A stretch of DNA of 64,000 nucleotides from positions 1,664,001 to 1,728,000 of the forward strand of contig OZ220744.1 of assembly GCA_965116925.1 (NCBI GenBank), read 5' to 3'. Origin of the DNA: Candidatus Poribacteria bacterium. Its GTDB lineage: Bacteria; Poribacteria; WGA-4E; PCPOR2b. Position 1 is the stretch's first letter. Each line of letters begins with the position of its first letter. Of the stretch, positions 47,030 to 57,807 are shown piece by piece. A model generated the notes under the pieces. That model was not told the origin of the DNA, did no database searches, and saw only the letters and a program-made list of their open reading frames with translations. The translations under genes and the position numbers were made by a program.

Positions 47030-49674
47030 CATCAGATGAAATCAGATCGAATTTTCTAGAATACTTCCAAAAACGGGGGCATACGATCGTTCCGAGTGCC
47101 CCGCTAATACCTGCCGACGACCCAACCTTGCTGTTCACAAACGCCGGGATGAACCAGTTTAAGGACGTGTTTCTCGGAACAGGACGCCGCGAGTACACAC
47201 GGGCTGCTGATACCCAGAAGGTGCTGCGCGTCAGTGGGAAGCACAACGATTTGGAAGAGGTCGGCTATTCCCCAGGACACCACACCTTCTTTGAAATGTT
47301 GGGCAATTGGTCATTCGGAGATTATTACAAGCGCGAAGCGATTGCCTACGCTTGGGAGTTAGTTGCGGAAATTTGGAAAGTCCCCAAGGAACTCCTCTGG
47401 GCAACAGTTCATGACACCGACGATGAATCTGAAAAACTGTGGCTCGCGGAGACCGATATACCGCTTGACCGCATCCGTCGATTTGACAAGGACAATTTCT
47501 GGGAGATGGGAGATACAGGTCCCTGCGGTCCTTGCTCTGAGCTTTTTGTCGACCTCGGTCCTGAGATGGATCCGGCATCAGTTGATGACCCCAATACGGG
47601 CCCCAATATCAGTGACCGATTTCGCGAGATTTGGAATCTGGTGTTTATTCAATATAACCGCGATGCAGCTGGTGAACTTCACCCGTTACCGGAAAAGCAT
47701 GTCGATACCGGTATGGGTTTCGAGCGGATAGTTGCCATCATGCAAGGCGTTGATTCCAACTATAAAACGGACGTATTCGTTCCGATTCTTGATGAAATCT
47801 CTAACATAACCGATCGGGATTATTTTGATGACGATCGTGGCGTGCCACACCGCGTTATCGCGGATCATATTCGATGCCTCACGTTTGCGATTGGCGATGG
47901 CGTGATGCCTTCCAATGAAGGACGTGGCTATGTTATCCGCCGCATCCTTCGGCGTGCCGTGCTATACGGCAAGCGGTTAGGGATGGAGGAGCCGTTCATC
48001 TACAACCTTGTGGATAAGGTGATTGACCAACTCGGTCCTGTTTTCCCCGATGTTCTGCCCCGTCACGACTTTATTAAACGGATTATTCAAGGCGAAGAGG
48101 GGCGGTTCCATCAGACCCTTGATCGTGGGCTAGAAATTCTCCAAGGTTCGCTCGATGAACTTGATACGCAGAATCAATCTGTTCTGTCAGGGAATAGAGC
48201 CTTTGAACTGTACGACACCTTTGGATTCCCGTTGGATCTGACACAGATGCTTGCGCGGGAGCGTGACTTTACGGTTGATGAAGACGGGTTTACCGCAAGT
48301 ATGTCGCAGCAGCGAGAGCGCAGCCGTGCGGATTGGAAAGCCGCCGGCGGTGGGGACACGGGGGAGGCAATATACGCGGATGTCCTCAAAGAATATAATA
48401 CCACCGCGTTTTTGGGTTATGACAGATCCCATGCAGAAGCAGAGGTTATCGCTCTGATCCGAGGCGATGAGTTGGCATCGGGGGTCCACGAGGGAGAGGA
48501 AGTTTCCGTCCTCCTGAATCAGACACCTTTTTACGGAGACTCCGGCGGTCAAGTCGGTGATATTGGTATTATCACAAGCGAAAGTGCGAAACTTAAAGTT
48601 ATTGATACTGTAAAACCTGTTCCCGATCTGTTCGTTCATAAGTGTGAGGTGCTCACAGGGGAGATTACACCACAGACACCGGTGGAAGCGAAGATTGACG
48701 GAGAACGGCGGCAACATATAGCGGTTAGCCACACGGCGACGCATATCCTTCATCATGCCTTGCGTACTGTCCTGGGGACGCATGTCGGTCAGGCGGGATC
48801 GCTCGTCGAGTCGGGGCGGCTGCGATTCGATTTCACACACTATGAAGCTGTCAGTCCAGAACAGCTACACGAAATAGAGAGTGCTATCAACGATAAGGTT
48901 CGTCTGAACAACGATGTCGAGACCGAGTATCTCCCGCTGCAAGCAGCAAAGGACCGTGGTGCCCTTGCTTTCTTCGGCGAGAAGTATGGTGAAATTGTGC
49001 GCTTTGTACAAATCGGCGACTACAGCAAGGAACTGTGCGGTGGCACCCATATCCATGCGGCGGGCGAAATCGGGCTTGTGAAGATTACTAGTGAGAGCAG
49101 CATCGCCGCCGGTGTGCGTCGCATTGAGGCGTTGACTGGATCGGCAGCTTATCAACATATCCACACCGAAGATGAGACACTTACGGCTATAGCGAATCTG
49201 CTCAAAGCTTCAAAGGGTTCAACTCCTGAACGCATCGAAGCACTACTTCAAACCAATCGAGAATTAGAAAGACAGGTCAATGCGCTTCAATCGCAGATGG
49301 CTCAATCGCGGGTTGCGGATCTGGTGAACAGTGCTGTTACTATTGACGGTTTTCGGGTCATTGCCGCTGCCCTCGAAGACACTAATCGGAATAGGCTTCG
49401 CGAACTTGTAGATGATTTGAAAAATCGGATTGGGACTGGTGTCGTTGTGCTCGCCTCGGCTATGGGTAACGATGTGGCGTTTGCTGCCGGTGTTACTTCG
49501 GATCTCGTACAAACACGTGGCTTACAAGCCGGAAAAATTATTCAAGCGGTGACTCGTCTTGCTGACGGTCGCGGTGGCGGACGTCCTGAGCTCGCTCAAG
49601 GTGGAGCTAAAAACCCGAACAAGATGAAGGAAGCAATTGATGCCGTCACGAAAATTGTGGCAGATCAGGCTTAA
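47026..49674 (+). CDS. alaS: Alanyl-tRNA synthetase
   Basis: DPTLLFTNAGMNQFK, HHTFFEMLGNWSFGDYYK, DTGMGFER, HTATHIL, ELCGGTH, GGGRP..AQGG. Confidence 0.98.
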   Translation: MTSDEIRSNFLEYFQKRGHTIVPSAPLIPADDPTLLFTNAGMNQFKDVFLGTGRREYTRAADTQKVLRVSGKHNDLEEVGYSPGHHTFFEMLGNWSFGDYYKREAIAYAWELVAEIWKVPKELLWATVHDTDDESEKLWLAETDIPLDRIRRFDKDNFWEMGDTGPCGPCSELFVDLGPEMDPASVDDPNTGPNISDRFREIWNLVFIQYNRDAAGELHPLPEKHVDTGMGFERIVAIMQGVDSNYKTDVFVPILDEISNITDRDYFDDDRGVPHRVIADHIRCLTFAIGDGVMPSNEGRGYVIRRILRRAVLYGKRLGMEEPFIYNLVDKVIDQLGPVFPDVLPRHDFIKRIIQGEEGRFHQTLDRGLEILQGSLDELDTQNQSVLSGNRAFELYDTFGFPLDLTQMLARERDFTVDEDGFTASMSQQRERSRADWKAAGGGDTGEAIYADVLKEYNTTAFLGYDRSHAEAEVIALIRGDELASGVHEGEEVSVLLNQTPFYGDSGGQVGDIGIITSESAKLKVIDTVKPVPDLFVHKCEVLTGEITPQTPVEAKIDGERRQHIAVSHTATHILHHALRTVLGTHVGQAGSLVESGRLRFDFTHYEAVSPEQLHEIESAINDKVRLNNDVETEYLPLQAAKDRGALAFFGEKYGEIVRFVQIGDYSKELCGGTHIHAAGEIGLVKITSESSIAAGVRRIEALTGSAAYQHIHTEDETLTAIANLLKASKGSTPERIEALLQTNRELERQVNALQSQMAQSRVADLVNSAVTIDGFRVIAAALEDTNRNRLRELVDDLKNRIGTGVVVLASAMGNDVAFAAGVTSDLVQTRGLQAGKIIQAVTRLADGRGGGRPELAQGGAKNPNKMKEAIDAVTKIVADQA

Positions 49675-49732
49675 ATATTGACTGAACCATCCCTTAGAAT
49701 CGGGGTGGACATAGCTCTAGAAGGAATGAAAT

Positions 49733-50317
49733 ATGGAGACCCTACTTAATACATCTTCGCTTTACTGGCAAATTCCTTTAGGTCTACTGTTATTGGTGCT
49801 TGCTATCTTTTTTATATGGTTAGCATCTCGGATCGGGAAGACGCTAAAATCTGTGGAAAATCTGCTAGACAAAAGCGTTCCTAGTCTGCTCAAAGCAACC
49901 GAGCAACTAGTTGGCGTCCACAGAGATATCAGCACTCTACTGACATCTATAGACGGAACTGTTACGGAATTGAACCAAAGGCTTCCTCAGTTGCTTGAGA
50001 ATATCAATGGAATTACCGCTTCCATTCAGCAGATGAGCGAGTCCGAGATTCGATCAACGACACACAATATCCAAGAAATAACGGAAACTATGAACCAAAA
50101 TATTGCGAAAATTGATGAGTTGGTTAACGCTGCCACAGATTTTTCGCAAACAACAATCAAGCAGGTCGAACATTATAGAGATCAGCTTTCCGTTCCTGTC
50201 ACAGATGTTATCAGCGCGTGGAGTGCGCTTAAAAGAAGCTGGGATGTATTCAGCCGGTCTCGGAAATCAAGCAGATCAGATTCAGAAGATACAACTGAGA
50301 ATGAACAGAACGGATAA
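49733..50317 (+). CDS. DUF948/YtxG-like membrane-anchored coiled-coil protein
   Basis: N-terminal TM helix plus long coiled coil, upstream of a YtxH-like gene. Confidence 0.6.
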   Translation: METLLNTSSLYWQIPLGLLLLVLAIFFIWLASRIGKTLKSVENLLDKSVPSLLKATEQLVGVHRDISTLLTSIDGTVTELNQRLPQLLENINGITASIQQMSESEIRSTTHNIQEITETMNQNIAKIDELVNAATDFSQTTIKQVEHYRDQLSVPVTDVISAWSALKRSWDVFSRSRKSSRSDSEDTTENEQNG

Positions 50318-50506
50318 ATGCGTGTTTTATGATGTCGATTTAGAGATCTATGCGTTACTGAATTGATGAGAGTGTGAAACATGACGAACGATAGAGTGTT
50401 ACACTTCTCACATATCAGATTCATTGACGCATTATTATCGGAGAAATAGTGACAATAGGCGTAAATGTTGCCTAAACACTTAACAATAACTATGGAGGTA
50501 ATTCAA

Positions 50507-50866
50507 ATGGACGACGAAAAACGAGGCAATGGGCTTGTCGTACTCTTGGCATTCTTTATGGGAGGCTTAGTTGGTTCACTTCTCGGTTTACTCTTTGCCC
50601 CCATGGCTGGTAGAGAAACGCGAGAGAGGATTCGTGATGCTTCTACAGATGCCAAAGAACGAACAATCAGCACCGCCCATCGAGCGAAGGACGTAACAAC
50701 CGAACGGGTTACAGATCTGGTCGACAAAGGGAAAGCACGAGTCGATGACGCGACGGAGAGCATGAGAGCAGCTGTCGAAGCGGGTAAATCTGCTTTTGTC
50801 GAAAAGAAATCGGAACTGGCGAATATCCTTTCTCATGAGAAAGACGAGGAAGAAGCCGAAAGTTAA
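50507..50866 (+). CDS. YtxH domain protein
   Basis: [20 protein letters not shown] motif; RBS GGAGG. Confidence 0.85.
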   Translation: MDDEKRGNGLVVLLAFFMGGLVGSLLGLLFAPMAGRETRERIRDASTDAKERTISTAHRAKDVTTERVTDLVDKGKARVDDATESMRAAVEAGKSAFVEKKSELANILSHEKDEEEAES

Positions 50867-50929
50867 AATTTACCCTGAATAAACAGGTTGGAGATCTGTT
50901 TTTACAGAGTATACAACCTGTCTCAACAC

Positions 50930-50970
50930 AGAAACCACAGGTGGAAACGCTATGTACCTGTGGTTTCTTT
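50930..50970 (+). terminator. Hairpin, possible terminator between the YtxH gene and larB
   Basis: 13-bp stem AGAAACCACAGGT/ACCTGTGGTTTCT, short T tail. Confidence 0.45.
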
Positions 50971-50988
50971 ATCTGGAGCAGACGTTCA

Positions 50989-51744
50989 ATGAACCTCGAC
51001 AGATTACGCGTGCTCTTGGAGGATGTTAAACGCGGTGAAGTTGACATTGACGAGGCAATACAATCCCTACGTCATCTGCCATTTGAAGATCTAGGTTTTT
51101 CCAAAGTCGATCATCATAGACAACTACGCACAGGCTTTCCGGAAGTTATCTTTTGTCAAGGAAAAACGGTCGATCAGGTAAAGGAAATTAGCAAACGTAT
51201 TCTCGCCGCCGATCATCTCCTCCTCGCTACCCGCGCTACTCCCGAAATTTACGACGCATTAGCATCCCTTGATTCATCAGCTCGCTTCAATGAATTAGGA
51301 CGTACTATCACGATTGGGGAGCCTGCCGGTGAATTACATGATGGCATCTTGGTCGTATCTGCTGGCACATCTGATATTCCCGTGGCTGAGGAGGCAGTGG
51401 AGACCGCACAAATTATGGGTAACCGTGTAGAGCGACTATATGATGTCGGCGTCGCTGGCTTACATCGTCTACTCAATAATCATGAAAAGCTGACTCAAGC
51501 CCGTGTGCTCGTTGTCGTGGCAGGTATGGAGGGAGCGTTAGCAAGTGTGGTCGGCGGATTGGTGGATAAGCCTGTCGTCGCTGTACCGACAAGTATCGGC
51601 TATGGTGCGAGTTTCGGCGGCGTTGCAGCCTTGTTGAGTATGCTGAATAGTTGTGCTTCGGGCGTGACCGCTGTGAACATTGACAACGGATTTGGAGGGG
51701 GTTATAGCGCGTCGTTGATCAATCAGCTCTATATATCTAAATAG
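50989..51744 (+). CDS. larB: Nickel pincer cofactor biosynthesis protein LarB
   Basis: [64 protein letters not shown]. Confidence 0.92.
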   Translation: MNLDRLRVLLEDVKRGEVDIDEAIQSLRHLPFEDLGFSKVDHHRQLRTGFPEVIFCQGKTVDQVKEISKRILAADHLLLATRATPEIYDALASLDSSARFNELGRTITIGEPAGELHDGILVVSAGTSDIPVAEEAVETAQIMGNRVERLYDVGVAGLHRLLNNHEKLTQARVLVVVAGMEGALASVVGGLVDKPVVAVPTSIGYGASFGGVAALLSMLNSCASGVTAVNIDNGFGGGYSASLINQLYISK

Positions 51745-51836
51745 GAAGCATATAGAATTTTCGTACCAATACCAGTCCTCACTCTTCATTTATATGAATA
51801 TCATTTTAGGGCGAATTTTTTCTTACAGATGGTATT

Positions 51837-51938
51837 TATAGTAGATTTTAGAATTAATGGGACACGCCAAACCGGTGCGGTTTGTAACCGCACCTACCGG
51901 GGGACGCAAGTGTTTCTTTATTTTTTGAATTCACTATA
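51837..51938 (+). mobile_element. Family A MITE-like repeat, intact copy
   Basis: TATAGTAGATTTTAGAATTAA ... TTATTTTTTGAATTCACTATA with central GGTGCGGTT-TGT-AACCGCACC hairpin. Confidence 0.85.
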
Positions 51939-51970
51939 GTATCTGACCCTAACATATTATGGAGAGATTT

Positions 51971-52636
51971 ATGGAGCTTTACCTAATCCGTCATGGACAG
52001 TCCACCAACAATGCTGGACTCCCTCACGTCGCAGACCCACCACTATCAGATCTAGGCAAGAAACAAGCGTACCATGTTGGCAAAGCCCTGCAAAGAGAAG
52101 AAATCAGCCGACTCTATTGCAGCCCGATGCTCAGAGCTTTGCAGACTGCTGAGATTATTGGGGATATACTTTCCCTCTCCCCCCACATCTATATTGAACT
52201 TCACGAATGGGACGGTATATGGGAGGAAAGTGTTGGCAGATTTGGTGCTACACTTCCCGGACTAACGCGCTCGGAAATGAGAGAAGTTTGTCCCAATGTG
52301 GTTCTGTCTCAAGACGTTACGGACCAAGGCTGGTTATTTACTCAGTGGGAAAACGTCGAATTGATGCTTCAGCGAGCCGACCAGAACGCTACAAACTTCA
52401 TTACTCATCTGCAAGCAACCCACAACCAATCCGATGAACGGGTCGCGGCAATTTCCCACGGCGGTTTTCTATCGACGCTGATTGGGACGTTTTTTAACCT
52501 GCCGCCCAATGATGACTCAGATCGCTTTGCCCACCATAATGCAGCAATTAGTAAAATCCGAAGAGCAGCGCGAGGCACCCAACTGCGTTATTCGGACCGA
52601 ATTTGCCATCTCCCCAAAGGGATGATTACGTCGTAA
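51971..52636 (+). CDS. Histidine phosphatase (phosphoglycerate mutase) family protein
   Basis: LYLIRHGQS, SPMLRALQTA, ISHGG. Confidence 0.9.
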   Translation: MELYLIRHGQSTNNAGLPHVADPPLSDLGKKQAYHVGKALQREEISRLYCSPMLRALQTAEIIGDILSLSPHIYIELHEWDGIWEESVGRFGATLPGLTRSEMREVCPNVVLSQDVTDQGWLFTQWENVELMLQRADQNATNFITHLQATHNQSDERVAAISHGGFLSTLIGTFFNLPPNDDSDRFAHHNAAISKIRRAARGTQLRYSDRICHLPKGMITS

Positions 52637-52950
52637 ATGGCTATTCATCCACACGATTTCGCACGCCTATCTTCACTTATCATTCATCAGGTATTTGGAA
52701 ATGCCGTGTCAATGCCACTTCTTAGAAATACAGCGATATTTTCATATTATCCCTTGAAGGAGAGCGCATCCCCCTAACGTTCAGAATAATAGCAGTAGAC
52801 TATGATGAAGAGAGCAGGTTAATGACGACAAGAATTCATTATGAAACTGTATTAGCAAAGGTACACACACAGTCAAACATCGCACGGATTCAAACGGTTG
52901 CTAATTACTCCCATAACCCCCTACGAGGGCGTGGTCCGGATAACATGCCG

Positions 52951-54198
52951 CTAGCGCAAAAGGGGCAAAGTAGTCTGTTTACATCTTATCATCTCCGTCT
53001 CGAAAACGCTCCCCACACCTAATCGTTCGCCCTTCCCTTGTCCACTGATCAAATACCTTTCACAGGCTTTAAGGACTTCGTCACCCTGTATTGTATGCAT
53101 GCAGGGTGAAGTTCCGTCAGAAAGTGCCGAACAACCGTATTCAAAGCCGAGATTGAGGCATGGGCTGCACGGCACATCCACATGAAGAATTGTATGCCCA
53201 TTCCCCCACGGCCTCCATTGCGATGGATTTGTCGGGCCATGTAGCGCGATGACCGGCGTACCAGCGGCAGCAGCGAGGTGCATGGGACCACAGTTCCCAC
53301 AGATAACGAAATCGGCGTTGGTGAATAGCGCAGCGAGTTGATTGATGTGGGTTTTGCCGGCTGCAACGACACAAGATGACCGAGTTTGCGAAGCGATTTC
53401 TTGTGAGAGCTCAACCTCTGAGGGAGCACCTGTCAGGATAATTTGTGCGTTATACCGTTCCACAAGCGCATTGGCGACTGATACAAATCTATCTTGGGGG
53501 AACCGCCTTCTGGGTTCACCACGCCTACCCGCTTCCGGATGGATAGCAATAACCGGTCTATTCAGATCGATACCCATTTCATCAAAGAATTCTTTCGCCC
53601 AATCCCGATCTCCCTTTTTCAACCATATCTCCAAACCTGCTTCCCTAATCGGACACCCTAATAACCGCGCTATCTTCAGAAAATTGACTACCTCGTGCTG
53701 TCCCGGCGTGTGTTCGACGACATCTGTAAAAAGGTAGTGTCGATGTTGATCTTTTGACCGAAATCCGATGCGCCTTGATGCACCGCTCCCGTAAGCAATT
53801 AATGCGCTGAGCCTTGCCCAATGTTCAAAATCGACTACGCAATCGAACTTCTGACGGCGCAAATCCACAATAAATCTAATCAGGTTCCGCGGCGATTTCA
53901 CCAGTTCTTCTAAGCGGCACGGAATGTGTTGATCGATATAGGGGCAGCCTTCCAAATATTGTAGATTGATAGAGGATGCAACCATCGCCAAATGTGCATT
54001 CGGAAAGCGACCTCGAATTGCCCGAATTGTTGGGATCGTCAGGATGGTATCACCGATCGCAGACAATTGGATGAGCAAAATGCGCTGTGGGGTACGTCGA
54101 TGCTGCACAGCCACGCGAGATTGGAATCCACCAAGCAGAAAGCAGAGTAAGCTGCCGATATAACGATCTAAAATCTTTTGTATTATGTTTGGGTGCAT
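52951..54198 (-). CDS. Glycosyltransferase family 9 (LPS heptosyltransferase-like)
   Basis: ILLIQLSAIGD, GPMHLAAAAGTPVIALHGPT, CSPC...CM motifs. Confidence 0.9.
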   Translation of the reverse strand: MHPNIIQKILDRYIGSLLCFLLGGFQSRVAVQHRRTPQRILLIQLSAIGDTILTIPTIRAIRGRFPNAHLAMVASSINLQYLEGCPYIDQHIPCRLEELVKSPRNLIRFIVDLRRQKFDCVVDFEHWARLSALIAYGSGASRRIGFRSKDQHRHYLFTDVVEHTPGQHEVVNFLKIARLLGCPIREAGLEIWLKKGDRDWAKEFFDEMGIDLNRPVIAIHPEAGRRGEPRRRFPQDRFVSVANALVERYNAQIILTGAPSEVELSQEIASQTRSSCVVAAGKTHINQLAALFTNADFVICGNCGPMHLAAAAGTPVIALHGPTNPSQWRPWGNGHTILHVDVPCSPCLNLGFEYGCSALSDGTSPCMHTIQGDEVLKACERYLISGQGKGERLGVGSVFETEMIRCKQTTLPLLR

Positions 54199-54443
54199 CG
54201 GTTCTCGCTCCGAGATTTTGCACCAGTTAGTGCATACGGGCTAAACCGTTCTGGGCATTAAAAAGATTCTAAGGTTATAAAAAGTAGCGATTTTAGGGGT
54301 TATATCCACAAAGACCTATTGGCACATAATTTGCCCTTATCTCCAACATCAATAATTATTGTCCATTAACCCATGATTCTGCGGGACATTTGCCAATAAG
54401 CAATTTGTCCCTGTATCACAAATGCTACATTGGGAGGAATAAA

Positions 54444-56414
54444 ATGAACACTAGGAGAATTTCAGGAGCGTTGATAGCATCACTGATGATTCACGGCATT
54501 ATCATGCTGATCGCTAGTACATTCTACACAACCCAATCTCGAATCGAGAGACTTCAAGATGTACTCACTGTAGAGATGCTTCCACCGACAGAACCGCTAC
54601 GCCCTAGCGTACGCGGGGGAGGAATGGCCAGATACATTGCCACCAAATACATGGTGGCGAAGCCGACTGTTGCATCAGACAGGTCTTTTGCTACGGAACA
54701 GGTTCAGGCTCAGCCGAGAAATACAATCGGCGTTGTTGATCGTCCTGCATCTTCCATTCAACCGCAAACAGTGCTTGAGTTTTCCAACAAGGTCGTTAAG
54801 ATGGACAGTGCCATTGGCCCAACAATTCCTGCATCTTCCGTGCAGCTACAATCAGCACCCGTCAGAGCTCCTGCGGCAGCTAAAATTGGGGCAATAAATG
54901 GAGAAGTTGTACAGGTGAAAGCCGCTTTTGAACGTCCGGCTGGACTTGCTATGGTTGAACACGTTGGTGGACCCCGCAATGCCTTGGGTGATTACGTAAC
55001 CGTAACCAATCACTCTCAATTGAATCCTCCAAATGGGGAAGTGTATCACGATACGTATTTCAAAGGATCCGGTATCAATCCATTTATCGATACCGAAGAC
55101 GACCATCTTTCGACGTTTGGGATGGACGTTGATACAGGTTCTTATTCGATAACGCGTCGATACCTGACAGATGGGCATTTACCACCCCCGGAAGCTGTCC
55201 GCGTCGAAGAGTTTGTCAACGCATTCGATTACAGTTATGATCCGCCGACGGATAGCGCATTCGCTATCCACATAGACGGAGGTCCGTCGAAATTCGGTGA
55301 AGGGAAGCGACTTCAACTCTTGCGTATCGGATTGCAAGGGCGCGTAATTCCGGACGAACATCGGAGAGATGCTACCCTCACATTTGTCATTGATGTGTCC
55401 GGCTCAATGGAAAAGGAAAATCGACTGGAATTGGTAAAGAAGGCATTAACGCTCCTTGTTGACCAACTCCGCCCCACCGACAAAGTGGGAATTGTGGTTT
55501 ACGGCTCTCGTGGCAGGCTTGTGCTTCCACACACAGGAATCGGGCGGCGTAGTGAAATCTTGGCTGCTATCAATTCCTTGAGGCCGCGTGGATCGACTAA
55601 CGCTGAAGAAGGTCTCCGAATTGGATATGATCTGGCTTGGCGCAATGCAAGTGTAGATCATATCAACCGCGTCATTCTCTGTTCAGATGGTGTTGCCAAT
55701 GTCGGCAAAACAGGTCCCGATGCAATCCTTAAAGAGATCCGCACTTACGTTGATAAAGGGATTACACTCTCGACGGTCGGTTTCGGCATGGGAAACTATA
55801 ATGACGTTCTCATGGAACGACTCGCCGACACAGGCAACGGCAACTATGCCTATGTCGATACACTCTCCGAAGCCAGACGAATTTTTGTTGAAAACCTGAC
55901 CGGGACGCTACAGCTGATTGCAAAAGATGCGAAGATCCAAGTGGATTTTAATCCTGAAGTTATCAGTCGTTTTCGACTGCTCGGTTATGAAAACCGTCGT
56001 CTCGACCATAAACAGTTCCGCGATGACTCCGTTGATGCCGGAGAGGTAGGATCAGGGCACCAAGTAACCGCTCTGTACGAGGTTAAACTGCATCCAGACG
56101 CAACGGGAAAAATGGCAACGGTTTCGATTCGATACGCAGATGCCGACAATGGTAAAGTCAGCGAAGTTAGCGAAGATTTCCTCGTGTTGCAACTCCACGA
56201 GTCATTCGATACTGCTCCCGCGACGTTCCGGTTAGTCGCTGCTGTGGCAGAATTTGCCGAAATCCTACGCGAAAGCTATTGGGCAAAAGATGGTAGTTTA
56301 GATGTTGCTCATCAAGTTGTTAAAGATGCTTTCCCGGAAATCGACCATGAGGGTGTTGTTGAGTTGATGTATCTGGTCAACAAGGCAATCAGCTTTAAAG
56401 AACAGGATTCCTGA
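54444..56414 (+). CDS. YfbK-like von Willebrand factor A domain protein with N-terminal TM anchor
   Basis: STFGMDVDTGSY, VRVEEFVNAFDY, DVSGSM MIDAS, SDGVANVG, FRLLGYENR, DAGEVG; RBS GGAGG. Confidence 0.88.
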   Translation: MNTRRISGALIASLMIHGIIMLIASTFYTTQSRIERLQDVLTVEMLPPTEPLRPSVRGGGMARYIATKYMVAKPTVASDRSFATEQVQAQPRNTIGVVDRPASSIQPQTVLEFSNKVVKMDSAIGPTIPASSVQLQSAPVRAPAAAKIGAINGEVVQVKAAFERPAGLAMVEHVGGPRNALGDYVTVTNHSQLNPPNGEVYHDTYFKGSGINPFIDTEDDHLSTFGMDVDTGSYSITRRYLTDGHLPPPEAVRVEEFVNAFDYSYDPPTDSAFAIHIDGGPSKFGEGKRLQLLRIGLQGRVIPDEHRRDATLTFVIDVSGSMEKENRLELVKKALTLLVDQLRPTDKVGIVVYGSRGRLVLPHTGIGRRSEILAAINSLRPRGSTNAEEGLRIGYDLAWRNASVDHINRVILCSDGVANVGKTGPDAILKEIRTYVDKGITLSTVGFGMGNYNDVLMERLADTGNGNYAYVDTLSEARRIFVENLTGTLQLIAKDAKIQVDFNPEVISRFRLLGYENRRLDHKQFRDDSVDAGEVGSGHQVTALYEVKLHPDATGKMATVSIRYADADNGKVSEVSEDFLVLQLHESFDTAPATFRLVAAVAEFAEILRESYWAKDGSLDVAHQVVKDAFPEIDHEGVVELMYLVNKAISFKEQDS

Positions 56415-56424
56415 ATCCCCAATG

Positions 56425-57495
56425 CTACACAAGATTATCTACTGTGGACGCATCGAGCTGCGGGATTAGATGCAGTAGTAGATCTAACGTTGCTCGGTAA
56501 TCGTCTATATTGATGATAGACACATGGCTGTGAACATAGCGGGCTGGTACACCCAACACAATTGAGGGTACACCACGCCCAACTTGGTGGATTGCCCCGG
56601 TGTCTGTTCCGCCGGAAGTACGCACAGCAATCTGATGTGGAATTTGGTGTGCGGTTGCGGTTTCAATCGTAAGTTCTGTCAAACGTGGATTGGCAATCAT
56701 GGATGGATCATACAACCGAATCTGCACACCGCCCCCTAATTTCCCCTGCAAGCTCTCACTACTGGAGCCCGGCAAATCATCTGCGGGCGGTCCTTCCAGC
56801 ACAATCGCGACATCCGGCTCCGCTGCGGCGGTAACCGTTCTAGCACCACGCAGCCCGACCTCCTCCTGTACGCTCCCGGTGCCGATAACTGTGTTTGGAT
56901 GAGCACCGAGTTGTTGGAGGGTTTCGATAACTAATCCCACACCGACACGATTATCAAATGCCTTCGCGGAGAACAACTTGGGATTTTTCATCGGCATGAA
57001 CGGACCATAAGGAACAATTGGACAACCAGGCTTCACTCCGTACTCCTCCATCGCCTGTTCTGCACTTTCCGCTCCAATATCAATGTATAGGTCTTTAATA
57101 TCCAGTACCTTATCACGCGAACCGGCACTTAGAAGATGGGGCGGCGTAGAACCAATCACGCCAGAAATTTTCCCCTGTTTCGTCAAAATATTGACGCGCT
57201 GTGCAAGCAGTGTGTGCGCCCACCAGCCACCGACTGTGAGAAATTTGACGTAGCCCGCCCCTGTCAAATTCTGAACGATAAATCCGACTTCATCCATGTG
57301 TGAATCGAGTAGGATACGCGGGTTTGCAGCGTTCCCGCTCTTTGTGCAAAAAATGCTTCCCAATCGATCCTTTTGGATAACTCCAACCCCTTCTAAGTGC
57401 GAATGAAAGATCCGCCTGACCTCGTCCTCGTGTCCGGGGATTGCATCCGCTTGAGTGAGTTCTTCAAGTAGTTCAACCGATGTTTGGCTCATCAC
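56425..57495 (-). CDS. M42 family metallo-aminopeptidase
   Basis: PGHEDEVR, HMDEVG, KAFDNRVG, QEEVGLRGA, GGTD, RYVHS. Confidence 0.93.
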   Translation of the reverse strand: MMSQTSVELLEELTQADAIPGHEDEVRRIFHSHLEGVGVIQKDRLGSIFCTKSGNAANPRILLDSHMDEVGFIVQNLTGAGYVKFLTVGGWWAHTLLAQRVNILTKQGKISGVIGSTPPHLLSAGSRDKVLDIKDLYIDIGAESAEQAMEEYGVKPGCPIVPYGPFMPMKNPKLFSAKAFDNRVGVGLVIETLQQLGAHPNTVIGTGSVQEEVGLRGARTVTAAAEPDVAIVLEGPPADDLPGSSSESLQGKLGGGVQIRLYDPSMIANPRLTELTIETATAHQIPHQIAVRTSGGTDTGAIHQVGRGVPSIVLGVPARYVHSHVSIINIDDYRATLDLLLHLIPQLDASTVDNLV

Positions 57496-57514
57496 TTCCC
57501 TTTCTGATTGAAAT

Positions 57515-57807
57515 TATGGTAGATTTTAGAATTAATGGGACACGCCAAACCGGTGCGGTTACATGAAAATTAAAAAAACAGTTCGGTAATTTGCTAGCGA
57601 CGCCGGCGCGGTTGAAAACCGCGCCTACCGTATGTTTCGAGGAAAATAGGGATTACCGATTTAAATACTTAAACTTCATCAAACCGCACCTACCGGGGAG
57701 GCGCAAGTGTTTCTTTATTTTTTGAATTCACTATAATTAGACATGATAAACAAGCGATGTCAGGAATTTGTTCGCAGAGTTACGGCACACGGAGTGTGCC
57801 TACTACT
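57515..57807 (+). mobile_element. Family A MITE interrupted by a nested 117-bp element, followed by a REP-bearing tail
   Basis: Family A halves 57515-57562 and 57680-57734; insert ATGAAAATTAA...TTAAACTTCAT; REP at 57779. Confidence 0.82.

Noticed and set aside
52822..53022. 66-aa plus-strand ORF with a weak RBS
   Set aside because: No motif, overlaps the convergent GT9 3' end; insufficient evidence.
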